Origin: Candidatus Kerfeldbacteria bacterium
GTDB lineage: Bacteria > Patescibacteriota > Patescibacteriia > UBA9570 > XYC2-FULL-38-9
Assembly: GCA_016182555.1 (NCBI GenBank)
Contig: JACPGJ010000008.1
Span: 220,272 to 284,271 of the forward strand
DNA: 64,000 nt
Reading direction: 5' to 3'
The notes under the pieces are model-generated. The model did no database searches and had not been told where the DNA came from. It was given only the letters and a program-made list of their open reading frames with translations. The position numbers and the translations under genes were made by a program. How positions within the stretch are numbered: position 1 is the stretch's first letter; each line of letters starts with the position of its first letter. This document shows positions 19,225 through 29,036 of this stretch, piece after piece.

Positions 19225-20250
19225 CTACTCTTTTAAACGATAAAACGTCGACCGCCCTTGACCATGTCGCTCAATAAGACCGCTTGCAACTAAATACCGC
19301 CAATCGAGAGAACGAGTTGACTTGGCTCGGTTCATTAACTCTGCATAGATTTTATCATTCATAGAACCATATTCACGTAAATAATCAAGAATAACACGAT
19401 GATGTTTTTTTAATCCAGATGCTGGTGCTTGAACAGATTTTTCTAATTCGTTTTTTACACGCAATAATTCATCAATAATGCCATCGGTAAAATATTCCAA
19501 CCACGGTGTAAAATCTACTTGCAAATCATAATAATTTCCACGCTCGCCAACAGTGGAAAAATATTTCGTTACATTGGCATTGTAATATTGTTCAAAACTA
19601 AACAGATGAAAAGTGTCTAACCCTAAACCGGCTAACAACAACTTTGTTGCTAAGCGAACCGTACGACCATTGCCATCCATGAACGGGTGAATTAACACAA
19701 ATTGTTTGTGAAAAATTCCCGCAAGTAATAACGCATCTATGCTGCCCTGTTGTTTTTGAATAAATTCTAACAAGTCGGACAATAAAGCTGGAACATCTTC
19801 GTGATCTGGTGGCCAAAAAATAGTTTGTCGTAATTTAGGGTCATTGACAAACACCGGAGCCAACCGCAATGACCCTATGGTTTTTTTTGATAACAGCCCA
19901 GTAGTCACCAACTTATGAATCGCCAAAATAGTTTTCATGTTGAGTGTGTTGTTGCCAGCATCAATGCGTTTTTTTAAATCCAACAATGCGGCATTATAAT
20001 TCAACACTTCACGTTCTGAATCGCGAATATGTGCCGGAGACTGTTTCAACAAACGCTTCACGTCAGTTAATGGTAGCGGATTACCTTCAATACTGGTCGA
20101 CGCATGAGATGAAACTTCGCGCGCAACACGCTCCATTTCAAATAGCACTACTTGCGGGAAACGGCGTTCATTGAGACTAGTCACAATTTGACCAATGTAC
20201 TTCACATTAGCTAATATTTTATTGGTGATTGTGTATTTTGGTTCAAACAT
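19225..20250 (-). CDS. Fic family protein (AMPylation-type Fic motif) with C-terminal winged-helix region
   Basis: HPFMDGNGRTVRLATKLLL matches HPFx(D/E)GNGR. Confidence 0.8.
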   Translation of the reverse strand: MFEPKYTITNKILANVKYIGQIVTSLNERRFPQVVLFEMERVAREVSSHASTSIEGNPLPLTDVKRLLKQSPAHIRDSEREVLNYNAALLDLKKRIDAGNNTLNMKTILAIHKLVTTGLLSKKTIGSLRLAPVFVNDPKLRQTIFWPPDHEDVPALLSDLLEFIQKQQGSIDALLLAGIFHKQFVLIHPFMDGNGRTVRLATKLLLAGLGLDTFHLFSFEQYYNANVTKYFSTVGERGNYYDLQVDFTPWLEYFTDGIIDELLRVKNELEKSVQAPASGLKKHHRVILDYLREYGSMNDKIYAELMNRAKSTRSLDWRYLVASGLIERHGQGRSTFYRLKE

Positions 20251-20263
20251 ACATATATAGAAT

Positions 20264-20296
20264 ATAGACGTATTTTAGACGATAATTAGACGATTG
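20264..20296 (-). promoter_or_regulatory. three direct repeats TAGACG(A/T) phased at 11 bp upstream of the Fic gene 19225..20250
   Basis: ataTAGACGtatt ttTAGACGataa ttTAGACGattg at 20265, 20276 and 20287, i.e. one helical turn apart. Confidence 0.4.
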
Positions 20297-20331
20297 TCAA
20301 GCACCCTAGCGGTCTTGGCGATCTTAAAATT

Positions 20332-20847
20332 TCATTTATTAAGCAATAGATCACTATACGAGTGTGTTATGAGCTGGTCATCTTGAATCTCGAATAATTT
20401 CATATACATTTCACATTGCTCGCGCAGTTTTTCTTCACTCATCTCCTCTGTGTCATCGATCGCTTCTATTTCAATAAAATATCCCAGCTCTTTCACGTTG
20501 TCGATATGAAATTTTACATTATTGATAAAATAAATTTCACGTTGTTTATCGACTACAACCAATGTCTCGAGCGCTGCGAGCAAAATAGTTTTTAGCGACG
20601 ATTCCGGTTTCGTATCATACAACATAATTTCTGCTTTTTTTGGACCAGCACTATTCTCCCGTTCATAAAAAATAAGATGATTTTCAATAGTTCCCTCTCG
20701 TAATTTTAACCGTCCATGCGGAACCACGAAATAGGTATCGATTTGATGATCCACACCGCGAAAATCTGCCTGCTGCGAACGAAGAATTTCGCGAATGCGC
20801 TGCTGATCATTGCACCGCGCTTTCATTTCAATATTCAAACAATGCAT
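20332..20847 (-). CDS. CYTH-domain protein / class IV adenylate cyclase (CyaB-like)
   Basis: N-terminal NIEMKARC (ExExK) and C-terminal REIYFINNVKFHIDNVKELGYFIEIEA align with the CyaB/YpAC-IV pattern [27 protein letters not shown]. Confidence 0.65.
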   Translation of the reverse strand: MHCLNIEMKARCNDQQRIREILRSQQADFRGVDHQIDTYFVVPHGRLKLREGTIENHLIFYERENSAGPKKAEIMLYDTKPESSLKTILLAALETLVVVDKQREIYFINNVKFHIDNVKELGYFIEIEAIDDTEEMSEEKLREQCEMYMKLFEIQDDQLITHSYSDLLLNK

Positions 20848-20894
20848 ACCTATTCCATAATTTTTTTATGCATACAATCATTATTACAAAGTAA

Positions 20895-21782
20895 TTATTT
20901 TTTCTTATCCATCACACCAATCTTCCAGACGCCTTTTTCCAAAAATGCTTCAATGGTTTGACGGTTGGCTTTATTGATGACATTTGAATGTGACAACTGA
21001 TTTTGTTTTGCATATTCCCGCAGTGTGATTATTTTTGCTCCTTCCAAATAGGCTAATCTTTTGTAATAACTATTCGTCAGTGCTTTACCGACGATGCCTT
21101 CCATGATGGTCGTTGTGCCGTTGCGGTCAAATTCTCGAAACGCTTCGTAATACATCTGCCGGTTAATAAAAGTAATATTGATCGGAACAAACCCTTCGCG
21201 TATCAGCAAATAATTATTCATCACTCTGCCAATACGACCATTGCCGTCAATAAATGGATGCGTATATTCAAACATCAGATGCAATTTGGCAATACGCGTA
21301 ATAATATGGTCATGACTACTCGCATAGTATTCTGCAAACATCGTTTCTAACCGCTCAATAATTTCTTGCGGCGCTGGAGCAATGTGGCTACCAACACGAA
21401 CATATTCATTCTCGCGTCGAAACCTGCCAGCAATATCATCACGAATGTTGGCAATCAACATCTTGTGCAATGACAAAATTATTTCCAGGTTCAACTCCTG
21501 TTGTTTTGCTTTGGTATTAATGTAGTTCACCACTCGCGCCAGATTCTTTGCTTCAAAAATTTCTCGCTCACTGACAAAACGATCCAAATCAATTTGGAGC
21601 AATATTTTTTCGGTTTCTTCAAGGCTCAACGTACTATTTTCAATAGCGTTGGAATTATACACTTGTTCAGCGACTTCCGCTTCATTGATCAGCTGAATAA
21701 GCGCATCTTTACCTACTGCAGCTTTATAGTAGCGTTTGCGTAGAGACGGTAATGCTTGAAAAACATAAATTTGGCGCGGCAT
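20895..21782 (-). CDS. Fic family protein
   Basis: HPFIDGNGRIGRVMNNYLL Fic motif. Confidence 0.8.
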   Translation of the reverse strand: MPRQIYVFQALPSLRKRYYKAAVGKDALIQLINEAEVAEQVYNSNAIENSTLSLEETEKILLQIDLDRFVSEREIFEAKNLARVVNYINTKAKQQELNLEIILSLHKMLIANIRDDIAGRFRRENEYVRVGSHIAPAPQEIIERLETMFAEYYASSHDHIITRIAKLHLMFEYTHPFIDGNGRIGRVMNNYLLIREGFVPINITFINRQMYYEAFREFDRNGTTTIMEGIVGKALTNSYYKRLAYLEGAKIITLREYAKQNQLSHSNVINKANRQTIEAFLEKGVWKIGVMDKKK

Positions 21783-21790
21783 ATACTTGA

Positions 21791-21833
21791 ATTATACACT
21801 TTTTCACGATTATGTCAACTATAATCGTGAAAA
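21791..21833 (-). promoter_or_regulatory. consensus sigma70 promoter (TTGACA-16-TATAAT) embedded in a perfect 13-bp inverted repeat, 8 nt upstream of the Fic ATG; third half-site at 21852..21864
   Basis: Minus-strand reading: TTTTCACGATTAT-agTTGACa-ATAATCGTGAAAA-agtg-TATAAT-tcaagtat-ATG. The -35 box lies in the spacer and right arm of the palindrome. Implies a leaderless or near-leaderless transcript. Confidence 0.55.
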
Positions 21834-21968
21834 TGGCATTAAAAATTCAATTTTTCACGATTATTTTCCCTCAGCTGCCTTCTGTAAAGCCGCAACATCA
21901 ATCTTTTTCACCACCACTTGTGCGAAAAAAATCTTCCTACTTTAGACAATATTCCAGATAAACTATTT

Positions 21969-23021
21969 CTACTCTACTTGTGACATGACATCCTGCACTA
22001 CCTGAATGACTAATTCAGGTTGATCCAAATGAATATCATGATTACTCTTTTCAGCAATCACTTGTTTGCTATTCGTTGAAAGTTTGAGCAGATCCTTTTG
22101 TGTCTTGGCTAAATACTCATCAACTTCTTTAGCTGTTGGCCCAGCAGTCTCTGCAAATGTGGCTTGTGCTGAGAGTACTACAATAGGGATATTCCCTAAA
22201 TTGGTAATAGAATTGAGCTCTTGCCAGACTTCATCATCTTTTGTGGATAATTCATCCCCTTCTGCTTTCATGACATTAAAGTAAGCTGGCCGAGCAATAC
22301 TGGCTAAATAGGGTTCATGGTATTCTTCAGGAAGTTTCTGTACAAAATCTGGAATCACTTTATCTCCACCGATCTTTCCTAGAATCGGTAGAATATTAAA
22401 AGTCGCTAATGTCTTCATGACATAATATTGTTGCCACTGTGCATTCTCTAAATCTTCAAGTGGTTTGAATGTATCAGCAGATACTGCAGCAGAATCAACT
22501 AACACTAATCCCGCCACATCCTGTGGGTAATATTTTGCAAAGATACGTGCATACATACCTCCCCCCGAATGCCCAACTAAGATATAGGGTCCTGTAATAC
22601 CCGCCACTTCTAGCATTTGCTTCTCTTCATCAACAATATTTTTACCTGTTCTGGGAGTTGTAGCAGGTTCACTCCAACCATAGCCTGAGCGATCAAAACT
22701 ACACACTCGTGTTGTTTTTGATAATTCAGGCTGCACTAACGACCAATCTAATGAGCTTCTACCGTTACCAGCATCTAAAATGATCGTTGGAGCGTCTGGT
22801 TGTACTACACCAGTACAGTATATGTGCATTTTGTGTCCGTCCACATTCACTAATTGCCCAGGTGCGGGAAAGTTGGTTGCAAAATTCTTGCTTGTTTGTA
22901 CTTGAATAATATAGCCAAGTACTAATAACACTACGATTAGAACAATAATTCCTAATAGCATAAATAATCCCATTTTTAACCACTTGCGTGGTGATTTATT
23001 ATGAGTATCTTTTGTATTCAT
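21969..23021 (-). CDS. alpha/beta-fold hydrolase with N-terminal membrane anchor
   Basis: Nucleophile elbow LVGHSGGGMYARIF (GxSxG); start moved to the internal MNTKDT to avoid a 37-nt overlap with padR. Confidence 0.65.
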   Translation of the reverse strand: MNTKDTHNKSPRKWLKMGLFMLLGIIVLIVVLLVLGYIIQVQTSKNFATNFPAPGQLVNVDGHKMHIYCTGVVQPDAPTIILDAGNGRSSLDWSLVQPELSKTTRVCSFDRSGYGWSEPATTPRTGKNIVDEEKQMLEVAGITGPYILVGHSGGGMYARIFAKYYPQDVAGLVLVDSAAVSADTFKPLEDLENAQWQQYYVMKTLATFNILPILGKIGGDKVIPDFVQKLPEEYHEPYLASIARPAYFNVMKAEGDELSTKDDEVWQELNSITNLGNIPIVVLSAQATFAETAGPTAKEVDEYLAKTQKDLLKLSTNSKQVIAEKSNHDIHLDQPELVIQVVQDVMSQVE

Positions 23022-23032
23022 AAAATATTGGG

Positions 23033-23572
23033 TTAAATAGATTGTAGTTTTTTTAAAGCTTGCTTGCACCAGGTCATTTCAGCTCCAGTAGCAAGTATTC
23101 CAAATTGTACGGTGAGTAAATTATATGGTTTTTTTGGATTATATTGTGGGTGTTGTAGAATTATTTTTTCAATTTGTTTTAATATACCATGCAACTGTTG
23201 CGTTTGCTCCATATACGCTGCAATATGTTTGATACTTACTTCCGTAGGAATACTGCTCGCAAAGAAAACTTTTAGTAATAATTCATTGCGTATCTTTGGT
23301 AAAGTAATTGGTGTTTGTAACCATTGTTTTAAAATTTTTCGCCCTTTTGCAGTAATAGAATATATTTGCCGTTGTCGGCCAGATTTTTGCACTGTTTTAC
23401 TAACTAATCCAACTTTTTCTAACTGTGCGAGTGTAGGATAGATTTGGCCATAACTTTCTGACCAAAAGTAACCAACGGTCTTCTGAATATTATTTTTCAA
23501 ATCATAGCCTGACTGCGGGTGAATATTTAATAGCCCTAATAAGACATACTGGGTTTTATTCTCTTTTTTCAT
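23033..23572 (-). CDS. PadR-family transcriptional regulator
   Basis: YVLLGLLNIHPQSGYDLKNNI...GQIYPTLAQLEKVGLV. Confidence 0.7.
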   Translation of the reverse strand: MKKENKTQYVLLGLLNIHPQSGYDLKNNIQKTVGYFWSESYGQIYPTLAQLEKVGLVSKTVQKSGRQRQIYSITAKGRKILKQWLQTPITLPKIRNELLLKVFFASSIPTEVSIKHIAAYMEQTQQLHGILKQIEKIILQHPQYNPKKPYNLLTVQFGILATGAEMTWCKQALKKLQSI

Positions 23573-23612
23573 ATATCTAGAAGATATATCATATTAGAGA
23601 ATTTGTCAAGAT

Positions 23613-24593
23613 CTAAATTTTTGAAAGAAATGTAATTGCTCTTTTCTCTTTGTCTGCAAGCTCTTGTAAGATGTCTCCAGCCTGATTTAGATACTGTTGC
23701 TCAGTAGTTTCTCCTGCTTTCTTGATAAGTTTTGCTACTCCTGTCCATTGCGGAGCAATTTCACAAAACAATTCAAAGCCTTTTTGTAAATTTTCACTCT
23801 TGATAAGAGAGCTTGATTCATCCAAAAAATCACGGTATAAATTTCTAAATAGCGCTCCACCTGTACCGCCACGTTCCATCAGTAATGCTGTCAATGCAAA
23901 ATCTGCTTCTATATTCTTGCTGCGCTTAAACCATTGTAGTATTTCTTTACTGAACTTCTGGATACCTTTATACCCGATATTTGTAATCGGAGGATTCAAA
24001 TAATCTTTGGCATTTGCTTTAATCGATTTGACAATTACCTTATCTAAGGCTGGTAATGCACCTGTTTGTTCAATGGTATACGATAAATTTTTTGATGCCA
24101 TTGGACCTTTTTCTTTACGTGCCAAAGCAAGATGTTCAAGGGTTGTTTTCACTGTACTTCCTTGCTGTATGGTGTCTACTAAATACGCATAGGTGTCATC
24201 ATAACCGTACATGGCTACATAATGACCAGCAAAATGCACTTTGCTCGTAAAATAATCTAAATGATAACAATCAAGTTTTAAGCCAACGGGTTTTCCTTCA
24301 TCCAGAATCTTTTGTATATTTTCCCATGCTTTCTTCGGAGAAGATGTCTCTTGCACATGAAATTTTAAGCCAAGATTTTTTGTTAGGTTTTGTGTTAATG
24401 CATCGGGTTTCACCCGACCTCCAATAAACGGAAAATCCATAATCTTCATATCCCAATAGATAAACCCCAAACCCTCACCTAACCCAAATAACATTGGTTC
24501 AGACAACTCAACCCCAATAAATTTGAGTAAGCTCCCTGTTGCTGTTGTTTCACAATGCTGTCCCTTAAATGGTTTGAATTGCTTAATAACCAT
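23613..24593 (-). CDS. BtrH-N-like (papain-like) domain protein with DUF4872-like C-terminus
   Basis: FKGQHCETTATGSLLKFIGVELSEPMLFGLGEGLGFIYW fits the BtrH_N pattern. Confidence 0.5.
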   Translation of the reverse strand: MVIKQFKPFKGQHCETTATGSLLKFIGVELSEPMLFGLGEGLGFIYWDMKIMDFPFIGGRVKPDALTQNLTKNLGLKFHVQETSSPKKAWENIQKILDEGKPVGLKLDCYHLDYFTSKVHFAGHYVAMYGYDDTYAYLVDTIQQGSTVKTTLEHLALARKEKGPMASKNLSYTIEQTGALPALDKVIVKSIKANAKDYLNPPITNIGYKGIQKFSKEILQWFKRSKNIEADFALTALLMERGGTGGALFRNLYRDFLDESSSLIKSENLQKGFELFCEIAPQWTGVAKLIKKAGETTEQQYLNQAGDILQELADKEKRAITFLSKI

Positions 24594-24614
24594 ATATATT
24601 TAAAATTTCTAAAT

Positions 24615-25241
24615 CTATTCAATCGATTTGTAAAATTCTCTTACTGCTCTTTTGACAACACCCTTCGTGCTGCGCTCATACTTCTGTACAAGTTTCTGAA
24701 GGCGCTCTGTTAAAGATTGGTCTTGCCGAATTGCATAAATAAACCCCTGAATTACTTTGGCTGCTTGTTTCTCTTTCCATTCATCCAGAATAACCTGGAG
24801 TGCATCTACTGCTTCTCTTGCAGCTTTTTTTCCTGTGTTTGCATAATTGGCAATCGTCCACGTAGCATAGTCTCGTACAATAGTACTATCATCAAGTATG
24901 GCAATACCTTTTAATTTTGGGAAAATTCCACGAATGATAGTCGGTACTTCCTCAACAATAAATGATAACGTATGGATTATTTCCCAGCGTACTTTTGTTT
25001 TTTTATGATCGAGTAATGGTAACAGCTGTTTTATGTAGGGTTTAACCAACTTGGGATTTTGTTCAGCAACAAACGTTAATACTTCAGCACAATCAGCAAT
25101 AAGGTTATCATTATCTTCTTTCAGTCCTTGAATAATATCTTTTAATAAAATTGGTTTTTGAAGACACTTGCTTGCAACCGCACGATTTGCATCTTCTGTT
25201 CGCTCTCCACGTTGTGATGATAATTCTGTAATAATTGACAT
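24615..25241 (-). CDS. HEAT-like repeat protein (possibly DNA-alkylation-repair-like)
   Basis: All-alpha repeat architecture; weak resemblance only. Confidence 0.3.
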   Translation of the reverse strand: MSIITELSSQRGERTEDANRAVASKCLQKPILLKDIIQGLKEDNDNLIADCAEVLTFVAEQNPKLVKPYIKQLLPLLDHKKTKVRWEIIHTLSFIVEEVPTIIRGIFPKLKGIAILDDSTIVRDYATWTIANYANTGKKAAREAVDALQVILDEWKEKQAAKVIQGFIYAIRQDQSLTERLQKLVQKYERSTKGVVKRAVREFYKSIE

Positions 25242-25250
25242 ACTCTGATG

Positions 25251-25643
25251 CTATTTTTGATTCTGTTGAGAATTCTCAAGTGCCATACCAAAACCAATGC
25301 TAAATATGGGGATCATGAGATACCGTAAACCAATTTGAGCAATATAATCTCCAAATGACATGTGTGACATAGGTATCAGCAGTAACACATCTAAAACAAG
25401 ATTCATGCCTAACCACAATACACCAATACGCATGCCTTCCTTCAAGTAATTTTTATGCACATTCTTAAAATAGCGCACTAGTAAAAATGACCCCACCAAT
25501 GATGCAACAACAATCATGATAGATTTGAACAGATGCAGATCAATACGAATCTCACCTTGTGGTGTATAAAAGGCAAAAGCCAGTATAAATGGAATTAACC
25601 ATGTTAATACTCCAAAACCAAGTACTTTTTTTATTGATGTCAT
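25251..25643 (-). CDS. integral membrane protein, function unknown
   Basis: 130 aa, four hydrophobic segments. Confidence 0.4.
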   Translation of the reverse strand: MTSIKKVLGFGVLTWLIPFILAFAFYTPQGEIRIDLHLFKSIMIVVASLVGSFLLVRYFKNVHKNYLKEGMRIGVLWLGMNLVLDVLLLIPMSHMSFGDYIAQIGLRYLMIPIFSIGFGMALENSQQNQK

Positions 25644-25658
25644 AATAGTAATGATATA

Positions 25659-25928
25659 TTATTTTTTCCAACGTTTTAATGTTGGTATTACAGGTTCTAT
25701 TTGTGCTTTGGCTTCTTCTTCGCTCATTCCATATTGAACCATAATGCCAATACACCCGTTGATCATTTGTTCCATTGATATATTCGGTTGAGTAAATGCT
25801 CCTTTTTGATAACAATGCGTGCAGAATTCATAATTTTGCGATTCATCTTGATTCGTGCCATAATCAGCAAATTTTTCCATTGGCATGGCACAACTTTGGC
25901 AAATATCTTTGTATTTTTGTTCGTCCAT
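25659..25928 (-). CDS. putative zinc-ribbon domain protein (paralog of 12698..13024)
   Basis: CQSCAMPM...CTHCYQKGAFTQPNISMEQM...LKRWKK; 11 nt downstream of the AbrB/MazE-like gene. Confidence 0.5.
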   Translation of the reverse strand: MDEQKYKDICQSCAMPMEKFADYGTNQDESQNYEFCTHCYQKGAFTQPNISMEQMINGCIGIMVQYGMSEEEAKAQIEPVIPTLKRWKK

Positions 25929-25939
25929 AATAGTATTAT

Positions 25940-26158
25940 TTAATTACTAAATTTGTTAAATGTTTGATCCAGGGCTTTCTTCTGAATAAGGTTAATGCCA
26001 TCTTCACCTCTACGCAGTACAATAAGTAACCGATCGCCTGTTTTGATATGTAATTTCTTACGAATACCTGCTGGAATAGATACCTGCCCTTTGCTGGATA
26101 CGGTAATCCACTCCATAAATTGATTGTGCTTTTCTGGTTGTTTTTTCTTCTGTGTCAT
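25940..26158 (-). CDS. AbrB/MazE/SpoVT-type DNA-binding (swapped-hairpin) protein
   Basis: VSSKGQVSIPAGIRKKLHIKTGDRLLIV. Confidence 0.6.
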   Translation of the reverse strand: MTQKKKQPEKHNQFMEWITVSSKGQVSIPAGIRKKLHIKTGDRLLIVLRRGEDGINLIQKKALDQTFNKFSN

Positions 26159-26370
26159 AAGCGTAAATGGAATTAACTATTCTGTAAAATTGGTAAGATT
26201 TTCCTTACTCAAGGATAACAAATAAAGTGGTTTTTGGCCACTCTATTACGATATTCATGAGCTTAAAAATTCATCTTTCTAGTTCCACCATTGTACCTCT
26301 TCTAATTTGTGTTTTTTATGGAAAATAAAATAGACTATAATTCTGAATTATCTTATTTATAGAATTAATT

Positions 26371-27036
26371 CTACTTACGATTACTTTTTCTCAAGCGATC
26401 CATCATTCTGTTAGTTCTTTCGTTTGCCGCAGTTCCTTGTTGTCTTCGATATTCTTGTTCTGCTTCATATCTTGCACCACCTGGAGACCAAGCTTCAAAT
26501 TCTTCTTGGTCCTTTCGTAAGTATTCTTTCCGATCGTCTATCGTTCTTTTCAAAACCTCGCGTAATGGAAGTAGTTCTGAATCTTCTGTTGGGATGGTTT
26601 CGGCTTCTAAACCAGGCTTTAATTGTTGCTCAATATCTTGTAACAAGACAATGATATATTGTAACCCTTTAGTCTGTTCTTTTGCTTGTTGTTCTGCAAA
26701 GTTTTGCCCTGTAATTTCTTTGCTTCCTATGACTTCTGCTAGTCTAAGCGCGGAGTTTTGCTCAATTAATGGTTGAATTTTATCAAATAAGAGTCCTATT
26801 TTCTCGTAAAATTCTTGTGGATAAGTACCAGCTGTTTGATACGTTTCCTGCTCAATAACAAGTGTATGTAGCTCCTGATAAAAACCATTAAGTCTAGTTA
26901 ACAGACTAGCTTCGTGATAACTTAATGACGCAGTATCTATTTCGTATTGTTTCGGTTCAATAGTCATAGCAATATAATTACATTCATTAAAAATGTATAT
27001 CAAAACTGAACAATTGTAAATATCAATATATACCAC
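26371..27036 (-). CDS. hypothetical protein
   Basis: ORF only; the start is probably the internal MTIEPKQ (about 26967). Confidence 0.35.
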   Translation of the reverse strand: MVYIDIYNCSVLIYIFNECNYIAMTIEPKQYEIDTASLSYHEASLLTRLNGFYQELHTLVIEQETYQTAGTYPQEFYEKIGLLFDKIQPLIEQNSALRLAEVIGSKEITGQNFAEQQAKEQTKGLQYIIVLLQDIEQQLKPGLEAETIPTEDSELLPLREVLKRTIDDRKEYLRKDQEEFEAWSPGGARYEAEQEYRRQQGTAANERTNRMMDRLRKSNRK

Positions 27037-27071
27037 GAAGCGTCAAAGAAGATAGTCGTTACTTTTTAAAT

Positions 27072-27341
27072 TCAGTCCTTCCAGTTCCACCATTTCAGTT
27101 TTTCTGGGTCATGTTTTTTATGTGAAGCAAAATATACTGCACATCGAAACACATAAAGCATACACCGATCAATATGTTGACCTTGCTGATTGCATAACTG
27201 CTCATACAATCCTTCAGGGTTTTTACCTTTTAATTCAGTGACTGATCGAAAACCTAAATTCCACAAATCTTCGGCAATGCTCTTTCCTACTCCTGGGATG
27301 GTTTGAAATTGCTTTAAGATTGCTTGTTTATTAGATGGCAT
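27072..27341 (-). CDS. helix-hairpin-helix 'pathogenicity locus' (Cdd1-like) domain protein
   Basis: FQTIPGVGKSIAEDLWNLGFRSVTELKGKNPEGLYEQLC...CMLYVFRCAVYFA. Confidence 0.55.
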   Translation of the reverse strand: MPSNKQAILKQFQTIPGVGKSIAEDLWNLGFRSVTELKGKNPEGLYEQLCNQQGQHIDRCMLYVFRCAVYFASHKKHDPEKLKWWNWKD

Positions 27342-27343
27342 AG

Positions 27344-27730
27344 TTAATCCTGAGCAAAATAAAGCACATAACCGTTAACATCTTTGATAGAAAATTCTCG
27401 TGCGCCATAGAAGGTTTTGTGTAATTCTTGAATGATAGTGATTTTCTCTTGCTGAATTTTCTTGTAAAGAGTATCAATATCATCTACATGAATATACAGG
27501 GAGAATGATCCACCAATTGGCTGTTGAGCAAAATTTGGAACTTCTTCCACAAAACTCGCTCTTTGCTGCAACATAATAGTGACCCCGTCATTTTGTAGCA
27601 TTGCCCACACAGGGTGTTTCTCATCTGGAACGGTCATAGTAACAGTAAAATCTAAAATGCTTGTATAAAATTCAATGGTTTTGTGCATGTCTTCTACCAT
27701 CAAATTTGGTGAAAGCGAAGCTGTTTTCAT
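27344..27730 (-). CDS. VOC/glyoxalase/bleomycin-resistance family protein
   Basis: 128 aa, typical paired beta-alpha-beta-beta-beta module pattern. Confidence 0.55.
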   Translation of the reverse strand: MKTASLSPNLMVEDMHKTIEFYTSILDFTVTMTVPDEKHPVWAMLQNDGVTIMLQQRASFVEEVPNFAQQPIGGSFSLYIHVDDIDTLYKKIQQEKITIIQELHKTFYGAREFSIKDVNGYVLYFAQD

Positions 27731-27811
27731 AGATAACTAAATTGGTTAGTTATTTAGTAGCCTTATTCTAACTGCTTACAACACGAACGTATTGTAAATA
27801 TCGGACATACA

Positions 27812-28633
27812 TCAGATACCGATAAAATCAGCGAACTCTTGAGGAGTCTTGTTGCAAATCACTTTTAAATCATTGATTAAATGCGGTTGGTCATAATATC
27901 CATAACGTAAGGCTTGGCGTATAGATGATCCTTTTTTAGTGTTCAATACATCTTGCAATAAGTATTGAAATCGAATGGTGCGTGCAAATGTTTTTGGACT
28001 AATACCAATAGAGATTTCAAATAACCGACGGAGCTGACGATCCGTTACGTGATGTTTCTGTGCAAAGTCGGTAACACTTATTCTACCTTGTTGAGATATA
28101 ATATCTTCAATAATAGAATCAATTTGCACATTTGAATCAGCTGAAAACATTATAAAATTATTGAGGCATCCTTCTACAATCTGTATCCTTTGAGCAAATG
28201 ATTGCGTTGCAGCTAATTGTTGATTCCATGTTTTTGCTTCAGGGAAAATACGATATACATCAATGTCTTGTTGAGCGAAAATTTTCATGGGAGTACAAAA
28301 CAGAGGGTATAATTTTCCAGGCCAAAATCGTACACCAAAAAAATGTGATGTTTTAGTGAGTTTAACTGTTGATACGACCGACATTGTTCCACTGATCCAA
28401 GATGTAACAGGCCTCTCATTCTGTAAACTAAATACAATATCCGCACAACCATCAGGTAAAATAGGTAATGAAGTTGATTTAGTAATTTTTTTATTCACTG
28501 ATAACTCCCAAAAACATTCTACAAACTCTGAGAGTATGCCTGCTGGTTTATATTTATGGTATACAACATTTGGCGCAAGTGCATTGCTCAGCACCTGAAT
28601 AGGATTATAGTTATTGAAAACACTATTTTTCAT
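27812..28633 (-). CDS. AraC-family transcriptional regulator
   Basis: C-terminal HTH DRQLRRLFEISIGISPKTFARTIRFQYLLQDVL. Confidence 0.7.
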   Translation of the reverse strand: MKNSVFNNYNPIQVLSNALAPNVVYHKYKPAGILSEFVECFWELSVNKKITKSTSLPILPDGCADIVFSLQNERPVTSWISGTMSVVSTVKLTKTSHFFGVRFWPGKLYPLFCTPMKIFAQQDIDVYRIFPEAKTWNQQLAATQSFAQRIQIVEGCLNNFIMFSADSNVQIDSIIEDIISQQGRISVTDFAQKHHVTDRQLRRLFEISIGISPKTFARTIRFQYLLQDVLNTKKGSSIRQALRYGYYDQPHLINDLKVICNKTPQEFADFIGI

Positions 28634-28677
28634 ACAGCTCAGTTTATCTTACAAATCCCAGGAGGCAAGAAGTTAGG

Positions 28678-29019
28678 CTATAATTTAGAATCATCAATAA
28701 TACCTTTCCCTTTCAGTTTCGCTCTAATTCTATTTTTAGCTCTTCTCATTACTAAAAATCCAGCAATGAATGCAACTGCATAGGAAATCAATAATCCAAA
28801 CAAAAGATGTAAAAACGTTACTGCCTCATGCGGTCTTGCAATTGCATTCACGACAACCTGCAATAGACTAGCCATCACAAAAAATGTCATTCCAGCAAAA
28901 CCTCCAATCATTTTTGGTAACTGTGGAATAATTTCATTTATTCGTTCCAAGACAAGCGATTTATCAAATTTCTGAAAATCTTTTAAATCGTCTATATCAT
29001 CGAGCTTTTCTTTTGGCAT
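28678..29019 (-). CDS. small membrane protein, function unknown
   Basis: 113 aa, two hydrophobic helices. Confidence 0.35.
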   Translation of the reverse strand: MPKEKLDDIDDLKDFQKFDKSLVLERINEIIPQLPKMIGGFAGMTFFVMASLLQVVVNAIARPHEAVTFLHLLFGLLISYAVAFIAGFLVMRRAKNRIRAKLKGKGIIDDSKL

Positions 29020-29036
29020 AATGTTGAAGTTAATTA

